Source: Candidatus Saccharimonadota bacterium (GTDB lineage Bacteria > Patescibacteriota > Microgenomatia > UBA1406 > GWC2-37-13). From it: a stretch of 32,000 nt of DNA. Below are positions 16,514 through 25,053 of the stretch, in pieces (positions within the stretch are counted from its first letter, which is position 1; every line of letters begins with the position of its first letter). The stretch is from contig MGBH01000001.1 of assembly GCA_001790095.1 (NCBI GenBank), positions 390,001-422,000 of the forward strand, in the 5' to 3' direction. A program made the position numbers and the translations under genes. The notes under the pieces are model-generated. The model had not been told where the DNA came from. It saw only the letters and a list, made by a program, of their open reading frames with translations, and did no database searches.

Positions 16514-17086
16514 TCAACGAGGGATTGTTAGAGTCTGTCCGACTTCAACATTGTAGGGTTCGGAGATTTTATTTGCTTCAATTATTCGCCGCATCATATT
16601 GCCATCACCGTATATTTTTTGAGCAATAAGAAACAAATAATCTCCAGGTTGTACAACATAAGTATTATTAGTCAGCGTTACTTGTCCAGTTGAAGCAGCG
16701 GTTGGAGTGATTTCACCTTGTGTAGGAAAGCGTTTTGGGACACTTGGGATGACAAGCTGTTGTCCTTTAATCAGGATGTATGGCTCTTTTAGATTATTAG
16801 CTTGAGCTATGTCATACGCATTGTATCCTGAACCGTAATTTTTCTCTGCAATTTGCCAGAGATCTTCTCCTTCTTCCACAATATATTTTTTTATTTTTTG
16901 CTTATTTTTTTGATTATTAGTTGTCTTGTTAGAATTTGTTTGTCTTCCTATAATAAATTTACTAAAGATAATAGTAAAAGTAAGAATAAAGACAGAGACA
17001 CCGACTACAAAAAAAGGGAGTTTTTGTCTGATTACAAGACGGGTATAAGCTTTATAATTTATATCAAGCCTTTTATTTTCTTTCAT
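16514..17086 (-). CDS. Membrane-anchored protein with two LysM peptidoglycan-binding domains
   Basis: N-terminal TM helix (LPFFVVGVSVFILTFTIIF). LysM repeats are YIVEEGEDLWQIAEKNYGSGYNAYDIAQANNL..IKGQQLVIP and YVVQPGDYLFLIAQKIYGDGNMMRRIIEANKI..VEVGQTLTIP. Confidence 0.85.
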   Translation of the reverse strand: MKENKRLDINYKAYTRLVIRQKLPFFVVGVSVFILTFTIIFSKFIIGRQTNSNKTTNNQKNKQKIKKYIVEEGEDLWQIAEKNYGSGYNAYDIAQANNLKEPYILIKGQQLVIPSVPKRFPTQGEITPTAASTGQVTLTNNTYVVQPGDYLFLIAQKIYGDGNMMRRIIEANKISEPYNVEVGQTLTIPR

Positions 17087-17196
17087 ATATATTGATATTT
17101 TAAGGTTGTAGTATAAACTACTGTATCATACCATATTATACGATTTTTTCAAGATTGAACTGATTTTACTCAAGATGATTATTTTATCTTATGCAA

Positions 17197-17205
17197 TGCT
17201 ATAAT
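17197..17205 (+). promoter_or_regulatory. Candidate extended -10 promoter (TGcTATAAT) for lemA-htpX
   Basis: tgctataat lies about 45 nt upstream of the lemA ATG. A strong SD, AGGAGG at 17236-17241, sits 9 nt before the ATG at 17251. Confidence 0.35.
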
Positions 17206-17250
17206 AATGTTTATTAGCAATTCTCATATATTAAAAGGAGGTGAGATGAT

Positions 17251-17805
17251 ATGAGTATACCTATTATATTGATTGGAGTTGCTGTGCTACTTGCTCTCTA
17301 TTTAATCGGGACCTACAACGGACTCATCGTCCTGAAAACCCGGATCCAAGAAGCACTATCTGGGATCGATGTACAGCTTAAGCGCAGAGCTGATCTTATT
17401 CCTAATCTAGTTGAGACAGTCAAAGGGTATGCAAAACACGAAAGAAGTGTTTTTGAGAACGTTACAAAAGCACGAAGTTCGCTTATGTCCGCGACTTCGC
17501 TTCAAGAAAAGGCTGAGGCAAACAATCAGCTTACAACAGCGCTTAAATCATTATTTGCAGTGGCTGAAAGCTACCCTGACCTTAAGGCAAGTACTAACTT
17601 CCAGGATCTGCATAGACAGCTTGAAGACACAGAAGATAAAGTTGCTTATTCTCGACAGTTCTATAATAGCAACGTGCTTGAGTTTAATACTAAAGTTCAA
17701 GTTTTCCCTACCAACATCATAGCAAACATGCTTGGATTCAAGCAGTTTGAGTTCTTTACCGCAACAGAGGAAGAGAGAAAAAAAGTTGAAGTAAAGTTCG
17801 AGTAA
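17251..17805 (+). CDS. lemA: LemA family protein
   Basis: 184 aa with an N-terminal TM helix. [42 protein letters not shown] and [30 protein letters not shown] are typical LemA motifs. Confidence 0.85.
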   Translation: MSIPIILIGVAVLLALYLIGTYNGLIVLKTRIQEALSGIDVQLKRRADLIPNLVETVKGYAKHERSVFENVTKARSSLMSATSLQEKAEANNQLTTALKSLFAVAESYPDLKASTNFQDLHRQLEDTEDKVAYSRQFYNSNVLEFNTKVQVFPTNIIANMLGFKQFEFFTATEEERKKVEVKFE

Positions 17806-17822
17806 TACATGGACATATGACG

Positions 17823-17856
17823 TGTAACGTATAACGAATGAACCTGTTATGCGTTA
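17823..17856 (+). terminator. 12-bp inverted repeat (hairpin) between lemA and htpX; possible attenuator, terminator or repeat element
   Basis: gtaacgtataac-gaatgaacct-gttatgcgttac gives 12 pairs including one G-U. No clear U-tract follows. Confidence 0.3.
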
Positions 17857-17891
17857 CGGTAATATGTTTAGCTTATGTTTGACTAAAGATT

Positions 17892-18797
17892 ATGTCAATA
17901 TATTCACAAATATCATCCAATAAGACAAGGACTTACATTATATTCGCTATTTTTATTTTTTTAGTTAGCGGATTCTTTTACTTAGTGGGTCTATACAGCG
18001 ATTCCGGTCCTTCATACTTTGTGATAGGGCTTTTATTCTCGTTTTTTTCAACTATTGGAAGCTATTTTTTATCAGATAAAATCATTCTTTTTACGGTAGG
18101 TGCTGTTGAGGCAAAAAAAGAAGATTATTTTGATTACTACACTGTGGCGGAAAATGTAAGTATGGCTGCGGGTCTTCCTATCCCTAAACTTTTCGTGATC
18201 AACGATCATGCCCCTAACGCCTTTGCAACAGGACGTGATCCAAAGCACGCTGTCGTATGTGTAACGACGGGACTTTTAGAGAGACTTGATCGCACAGAGC
18301 TTGAAGGCGTCATAGCTCATGAAATTTCTCATATTAAAAATTACGATATTCTTTTAGCTTCAATCGTTTCAGTACTTGTTGGCACACTCGCTCTTGTTTC
18401 TGACTGGATTATGAGAAGTATGTGGTGGGGTGGTTTTAGGGGAAAAGATGATGATAAAGACGGTAGAGGGGGAAATCCTCTTTTTCTCATTTTTATGATA
18501 TTTGTATTTATTTTAACTCCCTTGATTGCAACTTTGATTCAACTAGCTATTTCAAGAAAGCGGGAGTTTTTGGCCGATGCTGATGGCGCATTGCTTACAC
18601 GTTATCCTGAGGGGTTGGCAAGAGCGCTTGAAAAAATCAGCCAGTATCCGCATTCTATGTCATCAGCTACCACTTCCACTGCTCATTTATTTATATCAAA
18701 CCCCTTTAAAAAAACAAAGAATCAAAACTGGTTACTTAGTCTATTTAGTACCCATCCACCGACACAGGAAAGAATAAATGTATTAAGAAGCATGTGA
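17892..18797 (+). CDS. htpX: Zinc metalloprotease HtpX (peptidase M48)
   Basis: Motifs HEISHIKNYD (HExxH), NAFATGRDPKHAVVCVTTGLL, REFLADADGA and STHPPTQERI, with four TM segments. Confidence 0.9.
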   Translation: MSIYSQISSNKTRTYIIFAIFIFLVSGFFYLVGLYSDSGPSYFVIGLLFSFFSTIGSYFLSDKIILFTVGAVEAKKEDYFDYYTVAENVSMAAGLPIPKLFVINDHAPNAFATGRDPKHAVVCVTTGLLERLDRTELEGVIAHEISHIKNYDILLASIVSVLVGTLALVSDWIMRSMWWGGFRGKDDDKDGRGGNPLFLIFMIFVFILTPLIATLIQLAISRKREFLADADGALLTRYPEGLARALEKISQYPHSMSSATTSTAHLFISNPFKKTKNQNWLLSLFSTHPPTQERINVLRSM

Positions 18798-18838
18798 TAC
18801 TATACAAACTTTTTAAGTTTATAACTTTGTAACTTTTT

Positions 18839-21427
18839 ATGTGTGGCATAGCTGGATTTATCGGATTTCGCGATGACAGACTTATAAATGAATTTTCTCA
18901 ACTGCTTAAGCATAGGGGGCCTGATGGTGAAGGTTTTTTTTGTGACGATTATGTCACTCTTTTAAACCGTCGTTTGGCCATTATTGATATTGCAGGAGGT
19001 GATCAACCCATTTATAACGAAGACAGGACAATGGTAATAGTCTATAACGGAGAGATCTATAACTATCAAGACCTAAGAAGCGAACTTGAAAAAAAAGGTC
19101 ACGTTTTTAAAACGGTCTCTGATACCGAAGTCATTTTGCATGGATATGAAGAATGGGGAGATGACAATTTTAACCGACTGAATGGGATGTTTGCAGTAGC
19201 AATCTATGACATAAAAAAGAAAAGAACCATCCTGGCTAGAGATCATTTTGGGATAAAGCCATTGTACTTTTCTTTTTTTACCGGTACGAATAAATACAAG
19301 AGAAATGGACTAATGTTTTCTTCAGAAATAAAACCACTTATTTACTCAGGTCTTATCCCTGTTTTTCCCAATGATCAAATTATTTATCGATATTTGAACT
19401 ATCGTATACATGATGATGGAAGAGAGACGTTTTTTAAGGGAGTTGAAAGATTACTACCTGGAGAGATGATGAAGATTGAAGATGGGAAACATGAGATAAA
19501 ATGTTTTTCAAAGTTACCTCAAACACTGCTACAAAAGCCAGAAACAAAACACAACAATCCTCTACAAAATCATAGCATTTTATCATTTAAATCTCTATTG
19601 ATCGATTCTATTAAACGTCGTCTAATATCCGAAGTCCCTGTTGGGACCTGCTTGTCCGGAGGTCTTGATTCTTCAACTGTTGTTGCAGTAGTCAACAAAC
19701 TATTAAAAGAAAAGATCGGAGAAACGAAATCTGTTGGTGATATCCAAAAAACATTTTCTGCCGTTTTCCCCGGATCAGCAAACGATGAAGAAAAATATAT
19801 AGATGAAGTTACCATGTTGAAAGTTAAAAGTTATAAAGTAAGACCCACTTCAAAAGAATTTTCTAATGATTTAGAGGATTTTATTAAGACACAGGAAGAG
19901 CCAACTATCAGTACGGGTCCGTATGCTCAATACAAAGTAATGCAGGAAGCCCACAAGCATGTGACTGTAGTATTGGACGGCCAAGGTGCGGATGAGATGA
20001 TGGCAGGATATATCCCTTACTATTTTGTATATCTGAGACAGTTGTGGCAAGAACACAAGTACTTTTCCTTTTTTAACGAAGCTTTTTCAGCGAACGATAT
20101 CATATCAAAATTCATTTTTAAGAATAGAAGTAGAGAAGTTAAAGTACAAAGCCTGTTAAATAAAGAATTTATTGCTCAATTTAAAACAGAAAAATTTTAT
20201 ATTGAAAACTCCAACTTAAAAAAGAGACTTATTCAGGATATTTTTAAAAACAGCCTTCAATCGCTTCTTCGATATGAAGACAAGAATGCAATGCGTTTTT
20301 CGATAGAAGGCCGTGTACCGTTTCTTGACGTTAGGTTACTAAAACACATTTTTTCATTACCTGATGATGCTATTATTAAGGACGGTTGGAACAAGTATAT
20401 ACTTCGTCAGTCAACAACAGATCTGTTGCCGTACATAATAAATAAAAGACGAAATAAAATTGGATTTACTACTCCTGAGCATGAATGGTTCAAAAAAATG
20501 CATAAAGAAATCCTTGATGTTTTCACCGGTGAACTTTTTTTATCTAAAAAATATGTAAACCAGGCTGAGGTGGTGATTGCATATAAAGATTTTCTTGCAG
20601 GAAAAACAAAAGACACTATGGTATTTTGGAGAATTTTGAATTTGGAATTATGGATGAGAGAATTTATTTCAAACAAATCTCAAACTTCAAACTTAAAAAA
20701 GATTAATAAAAATATCATTGTTCAGGGAAAAGAATATGTACGACATCCGATAAGGACTGATGTATTTGAAAAAGGAGATGGTGTTGCTAGAAAAATTTCA
20801 TCTGCTGTTCTTACCGCATTAAAAAAACTAACTGAAGCAAAGCTGTTGAGCAACAAAAAATACTTTGTCGTGGTATCGGAAAAAGTAGTAGCAGTTGCAC
20901 AGGGACGAGCTTATTTTATTTGGGATATTAAACCTTCGTTTTGGGCTAAACTACTTTCCCGCTTTGTGAGGCGTGTACCCTGGGGTATCGGATTGGGATC
21001 ACCATGGACTATGGAGCTTGCAATAAAAGAAGTTGGTTTACTGCGTGTTCTATTAGCCTCCATACTAGGAGGAGTTGGGAAGCTACTTGGAATGAGAGGT
21101 ATCTTTTATAAAATTGCAGGAAGGGCTGCGGCTGGTATAGATGGTCCAACAGAGTATTCTTTATATCCGGCTAATGTTTCAGCAAAGCTTTTGCCGAAAG
21201 AACCACAGAAAGTATGCGAGGATGTTGAAAAAAGTATAAAGTATAAGGTAGAAAGTAGTAAGAGTGGTTTTTTGGGAGTGGCGATAATTGATGCCAATGA
21301 TATTGGGCGAAACGTATTAGGCAATTCAACTTCATTATCAAGTAAACTTATTGAGGACATATTCCAAGATAATCCGATGGGGCAAACCAACGAACAGACC
21401 CCCCTGACGATTGTAATATGTGAATAA
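18839..21427 (+). CDS. Asparagine synthetase (glutamine-hydrolysing, AsnB-type) fused to a C-terminal CofE/F420-0:gamma-glutamyl-ligase-like domain
   Basis: The N-terminus has MCGIAGF (Ntn Cys2), NGEIYNY and LARDHFGIKPLY, then the PP-loop CLSGGLDSS, LDGQGADEMMAGY and LLRYEDKNAMRFSIEGRVPFLD. The AsnB-like part ends near WRILNLELWMREFI. A linker, SNKSQTSNLKKINK, is followed by about 230 aa with VVVSEKVVAVAQGRAY, GIDGP, AIIDANDIGRNVLG and DNPMGQTNEQTPLTIV, which I recognise as F420_ligase-like. Confidence 0.6.
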   Translation: MCGIAGFIGFRDDRLINEFSQLLKHRGPDGEGFFCDDYVTLLNRRLAIIDIAGGDQPIYNEDRTMVIVYNGEIYNYQDLRSELEKKGHVFKTVSDTEVILHGYEEWGDDNFNRLNGMFAVAIYDIKKKRTILARDHFGIKPLYFSFFTGTNKYKRNGLMFSSEIKPLIYSGLIPVFPNDQIIYRYLNYRIHDDGRETFFKGVERLLPGEMMKIEDGKHEIKCFSKLPQTLLQKPETKHNNPLQNHSILSFKSLLIDSIKRRLISEVPVGTCLSGGLDSSTVVAVVNKLLKEKIGETKSVGDIQKTFSAVFPGSANDEEKYIDEVTMLKVKSYKVRPTSKEFSNDLEDFIKTQEEPTISTGPYAQYKVMQEAHKHVTVVLDGQGADEMMAGYIPYYFVYLRQLWQEHKYFSFFNEAFSANDIISKFIFKNRSREVKVQSLLNKEFIAQFKTEKFYIENSNLKKRLIQDIFKNSLQSLLRYEDKNAMRFSIEGRVPFLDVRLLKHIFSLPDDAIIKDGWNKYILRQSTTDLLPYIINKRRNKIGFTTPEHEWFKKMHKEILDVFTGELFLSKKYVNQAEVVIAYKDFLAGKTKDTMVFWRILNLELWMREFISNKSQTSNLKKINKNIIVQGKEYVRHPIRTDVFEKGDGVARKISSAVLTALKKLTEAKLLSNKKYFVVVSEKVVAVAQGRAYFIWDIKPSFWAKLLSRFVRRVPWGIGLGSPWTMELAIKEVGLLRVLLASILGGVGKLLGMRGIFYKIAGRAAAGIDGPTEYSLYPANVSAKLLPKEPQKVCEDVEKSIKYKVESSKSGFLGVAIIDANDIGRNVLGNSTSLSSKLIEDIFQDNPMGQTNEQTPLTIVICE

Positions 21428-21431
21428 TAGT

Positions 21432-21463
21432 ATTTGACTTTTTGACATAAGAGATTTAACATT
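21432..21463. repeat. ATTTGA/TTGACA-type short repeat copy (reverse orientation) in the spacer after the AsnB fusion gene
   Basis: atttgactttttgacataagagatttaacatt closely resembles 26491-26520 (gttttgagttttgacatttaacatttgaga). Confidence 0.5.
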
Positions 21464-21483
21464 ACTAATTACTTAACCAAGCA

Positions 21484-21669
21484 ATGCCTATCAAAATAGA
21501 TCCGACCAAGTGTCCAAAAGATCACAGTTGTCCTGCTGCCGCGTCATGTCCCGTCTCTGCCCTTACTCAGAAAGATGAAAAAAGCGCACCCCAAGTAGAT
21601 ACTTCAAAATGTATGGAATGTCAAATGTGCGTGACACTTTGCCCTAGGGGCGCAATTATATTTGAGTAG
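21484..21669 (+). CDS. Small ferredoxin-like iron-sulfur protein (7 Cys)
   Basis: 61 aa. It has one canonical CMECQMCVTLCP (CxxCxxCxxxCP) motif and one atypical CPKDHSCPAAASCP (C-x5-C-x5-CP) motif. Confidence 0.65.
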   Translation: MPIKIDPTKCPKDHSCPAAASCPVSALTQKDEKSAPQVDTSKCMECQMCVTLCPRGAIIFE

Positions 21670-21694
21670 TCCTTTTTATCAATTCATATATTTT

Positions 21695-23341
21695 ATGAAA
21701 AAAGTAGATTATAACGCTCTTAAAACGCAGGCAAAAGACTTACGAGATATGATTGTAAAAAGAGCTTCCAAAGACAGTGGTCATTGTGCATCTCCTTTAG
21801 GGGCTGTTGAGCTTATTCAAGCACTACTCGCTGTATATGATTTTAAGAAAGATAAAATTGTCTTTGACGTAGGTCATCAAGCACATGCATACAAAATTTT
21901 AACTGGTAGGAAAGATAAGTTTTTTACGATGAGTAAAAAAGGTGGGCTGAGGGCCTATCCTGATATATTTGAAAGCCCCTATGATTTTTATGGTGTAGGG
22001 CATACTGCAACAGCAGTGTCTGCAGCATTAGGATATTCAATAGGCCATCCTGAATATAAATCGATAGCGGTTGTAGGTGATGGTTCTTTAACAGGTGGAG
22101 AAGTGTTTGAAGGATTAAACCATGCTGGACAATTACAATCAAATCTTCTTGTTATCTATAACGATAACGGTATGTCATTAACAGAAAATATAGGTGCACT
22201 GCATGACAAAAGTAAGGTAAAAGGATTTGCCGAAAGTGTAGGCTTCGAATACCTCTATATACCAGAAGGGCATGACACAAAAAAAATTATAAACATGTTA
22301 GAAACAGTAAAAAAGATTAAAAAGCCAGTTTTTTTGCACATAATCACTACAAAAGGAAAGGGATATAGATACGCAGAAAAAAGTCCATCAACATTTCATT
22401 GGCCAGCACCATTTGATATAAAAACGGGAAATGCGAGCATCCCTTCTACTGGCGACAGTTGGTTTAAGCATAGTCATAAAAAAGGAATAGAATATGTAAA
22501 AAAATATAAAAACGTATATTTTGTGACTCCAGCATTTGTCAATTGGGGGTTAGCTGCTATAAAGAAAGCATATCCAAGCAAAGTTATTGATACCGGTATA
22601 AGTGAACAACATTGTGTTACTTTCTCTTCATCCTTAGCCTTAAACAAAAACAAAGTGTTGTGTTATATAGCTTCAATGTTTTTGCCAAGAGCATTTGACC
22701 AGGTTATAGATGTATGCTTGCAAAAAATACCGATGGTCTTTGTCATGTATTTTTCAGGCATCGGTGATGGGGGATATACTCATCAGGGAATATATACATT
22801 TCCTATGCTTAGCATGTTGCCTAACACCACGATTATTCATCCTTATGGACTAAACGAATACGACAGACTTCTTGATAAGGCAATGATGATGCAAGGACCA
22901 GTCTTTATTCAAGCACCCGATGAAAATATTTTCGTGAAATCATTTATAGGAAGCATGATCCCATTAAGAAAAGGAAAAAAGCTCACGATTCTACCTATTG
23001 GTAATATGATGGGGAAAGCATTGCGAGTGGCAGACAATATACAGGGCGTTGAGGTTGTGTATTGTCCACAACTAAAGCCCTTTGATGGAAGGGCGTTTGC
23101 CAAGTATGTAGAAGAAACGGGAAAACTTCTTATTCTTGAGGATGGTTTTGTAAGAGGGGGATTGGGCGAGAGCATAGTTTGTGATCTTCAATCAAGAGGG
23201 GTTGATTTTGCGTACGATATCCTAGGAGTAAAAGATATGTTTCCTGAGCAGGGGACACTGAGGGAAGTATATGAATATGTAGGTTTGGGAGATGCACATA
23301 TACACGAATCAGCTCTCAGGCTGATAAAAAGAACAAGTTAA
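21695..23341 (+). CDS. dxs: 1-deoxy-D-xylulose-5-phosphate synthase (DXS)-like thiamine-diphosphate enzyme
   Basis: Motifs GHCASPLGAVELIQALLAVYDF..DKIVFDVGHQAHAYKILTGRKDKF, GVGHTATAVSAALGY, VVGDGSLTGGEVFEGLNHAG..YNDNGMSL (ThDP/Mg motif), GISEQHCVTF, and a C-terminal domain. I preferred the ATG at 21695 to the TTG at 21662. It looks somewhat shorter than typical DXS. Confidence 0.75.
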   Translation: MKKVDYNALKTQAKDLRDMIVKRASKDSGHCASPLGAVELIQALLAVYDFKKDKIVFDVGHQAHAYKILTGRKDKFFTMSKKGGLRAYPDIFESPYDFYGVGHTATAVSAALGYSIGHPEYKSIAVVGDGSLTGGEVFEGLNHAGQLQSNLLVIYNDNGMSLTENIGALHDKSKVKGFAESVGFEYLYIPEGHDTKKIINMLETVKKIKKPVFLHIITTKGKGYRYAEKSPSTFHWPAPFDIKTGNASIPSTGDSWFKHSHKKGIEYVKKYKNVYFVTPAFVNWGLAAIKKAYPSKVIDTGISEQHCVTFSSSLALNKNKVLCYIASMFLPRAFDQVIDVCLQKIPMVFVMYFSGIGDGGYTHQGIYTFPMLSMLPNTTIIHPYGLNEYDRLLDKAMMMQGPVFIQAPDENIFVKSFIGSMIPLRKGKKLTILPIGNMMGKALRVADNIQGVEVVYCPQLKPFDGRAFAKYVEETGKLLILEDGFVRGGLGESIVCDLQSRGVDFAYDILGVKDMFPEQGTLREVYEYVGLGDAHIHESALRLIKRTS

Positions 23342-23355
23342 TTGTATAATATCTT

Positions 23356-23655
23356 ATGGTAAAAAAAGCATTATCGAAGGAAGAAATACTTCATTTGGCT
23401 GATCTTGCAAAACTTTCGCTTACCGAAAGTGAGATAGATAAATATACGAAACAGCTTGGTGAAACCATTGACTTCATAAAGAATCTTGACGAATTAGACA
23501 CAAAAGATGTGCTACCAACAAACTCCGTAGTCGATCTTAAAAATATAAACTTTGATGATGGTGGTAAAAATGAAAAATCATTGAACGAAAAAGAAGCTCT
23601 ACAGAATGCTCCAAATATAAAAGATAAAGCGTTTATCGTGGGACGGATTATGTAA
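23356..23655 (+). CDS. gatC: Asp/Glu-tRNA(Asn/Gln) amidotransferase subunit C
   Basis: 99 aa with ILHLADLAKLSLTESEIDKYTKQLGETIDFIKNLDELDTKDV. It lies directly upstream of gatA and gatB. Confidence 0.85.
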   Translation: MVKKALSKEEILHLADLAKLSLTESEIDKYTKQLGETIDFIKNLDELDTKDVLPTNSVVDLKNINFDDGGKNEKSLNEKEALQNAPNIKDKAFIVGRIM

Positions 23656-23663
23656 AAAATTTT

Positions 23664-25052
23664 ATGTTACTTGGAAAAACACTTACACAATTAAAGGAAT
23701 TAATTAAAAAAAGGGAAATTACTCCTGTGGAAGTGAAAGAATATTTTTTGAAAAGAATAAATAAATTTAATTCTTCACTAAATGTGTTCCTTACATTAAA
23801 CGACGTTGACGAAGTACCAGAAAGCAGGGGAGCTTTTGTCGGGTTGCCGATTGCAGTAAAAGACAATCATTGCACAAAGGGAGTTAGAACTACTGCTTCT
23901 GCAAAAGTACTTGATAATTTTATCCCCCCATATGATTCGACAGTCACAAAGCGTCTTAAATACGAAAATGCTTTTCTAATTGGAAAGACCAATATGGATG
24001 CATGGGCACATGGTTCATCTACCGAAACATCAGACTATGGTGCTACCAAAAATCCCTGGGATTTAACCCGGTCACCCGGCGGATCATCGGGTGGTTCATC
24101 AGCTGCGGTGTCGGCATATCTTGCTCCTGCAGCGATTGGATCCGAGACTGCCGGATCCATTCGTCAACCTGCCTCATGGACAGGTGTGGTTGGTTTGAAA
24201 CCGACCTATGGGCGGGTTCCCAGATACGGGGTCATTGCCATGGGATCATCTCTTGATTGTCCGGGACCCTTGACTTTGAATGTTGAAGATGCAGCCTACA
24301 TACTTTCAGTTATTGCAGGTCACGACATTCACGATGCTACCTCCTCACCTCTTCCGACAGAGGATTATGTTACTGAAATAAAAAAGAAAAAACCCTTTAC
24401 TATCGGTATCTCTGATGATTATTTTGAGGGACTTGATAAAGATGTTGCAACCGCTCTTGAAAAATCTATAGAAGTATTCAAAAAATTGGGCTTTAAAACA
24501 AAAAAAATCAAGTTGTTATCACCAAACTACGCAATATCTGTTTATACTATTATCCAACGAGCGGAAGTATCATCCAACCTTGCCAGATATGATGGTATCA
24601 GATACGGCAAAGATCGTACCTTTTTTGGTGATGAGGCAAAGCGCCGTATAATGCTTGGTACCTATACTCTTTCGTATGGTTATTATGATGCGTTTTATAA
24701 GAAAGCTCAAAAAGTCAGAACTCTTATCATTCAAGATTTTAAACGGGCTTTTCAAGATGTCGATTTTGTGATAGGGACACCTACACCCATTACTGCGTTG
24801 AAGCTTGGTGAGTTTTCAAAGTACCCTTTTTTTGGAGAGCTAATGGATAAATTCAATGAGCCGGGCTCGATGGCTGGAATACCAGGGATAAGTATTCCGA
24901 TAGGTCTGGATAGTAATGGATTGCCGATTGGTATGCAGCTTATGGGAAATTATTTTAGGGAATCGGATGTTTTGAATGCTGCCTATCAGTTTGAACAAGA
25001 GACAGATTACTTTGGAGTTATAAAAAAAGGAATAGAGAGATATAAAGACTAA
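23664..25052 (+). CDS. gatA: Asp/Glu-tRNA(Asn/Gln) amidotransferase subunit A
   Basis: Amidase signature GGSSGGSSAAVSA, plus AVKDNHCTKGVRTTASAKVL, GSETAGSIRQPASWTGVVGLKPTYGRV and GLPIGMQLMG. Confidence 0.9.
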   Translation: MLLGKTLTQLKELIKKREITPVEVKEYFLKRINKFNSSLNVFLTLNDVDEVPESRGAFVGLPIAVKDNHCTKGVRTTASAKVLDNFIPPYDSTVTKRLKYENAFLIGKTNMDAWAHGSSTETSDYGATKNPWDLTRSPGGSSGGSSAAVSAYLAPAAIGSETAGSIRQPASWTGVVGLKPTYGRVPRYGVIAMGSSLDCPGPLTLNVEDAAYILSVIAGHDIHDATSSPLPTEDYVTEIKKKKPFTIGISDDYFEGLDKDVATALEKSIEVFKKLGFKTKKIKLLSPNYAISVYTIIQRAEVSSNLARYDGIRYGKDRTFFGDEAKRRIMLGTYTLSYGYYDAFYKKAQKVRTLIIQDFKRAFQDVDFVIGTPTPITALKLGEFSKYPFFGELMDKFNEPGSMAGIPGISIPIGLDSNGLPIGMQLMGNYFRESDVLNAAYQFEQETDYFGVIKKGIERYKD

Positions 25053-25053
25053 T

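Noticed and set aside
17411-17722. 103-aa plus-strand ORF in an alternative frame inside lemA
   Set aside because: It is fully nested in the strongly conserved LemA frame. Its basic, low-complexity translation (RLRQ..) looks like an off-frame artefact.
21106-21462. 118-aa minus-strand ORF antisense to the 3' end of the AsnB fusion gene, and similar antisense ORFs at 19570-20676
   Set aside because: They are antisense to a motif-rich CDS and have no recognisable motifs or RBS. Such frames are expected by chance.
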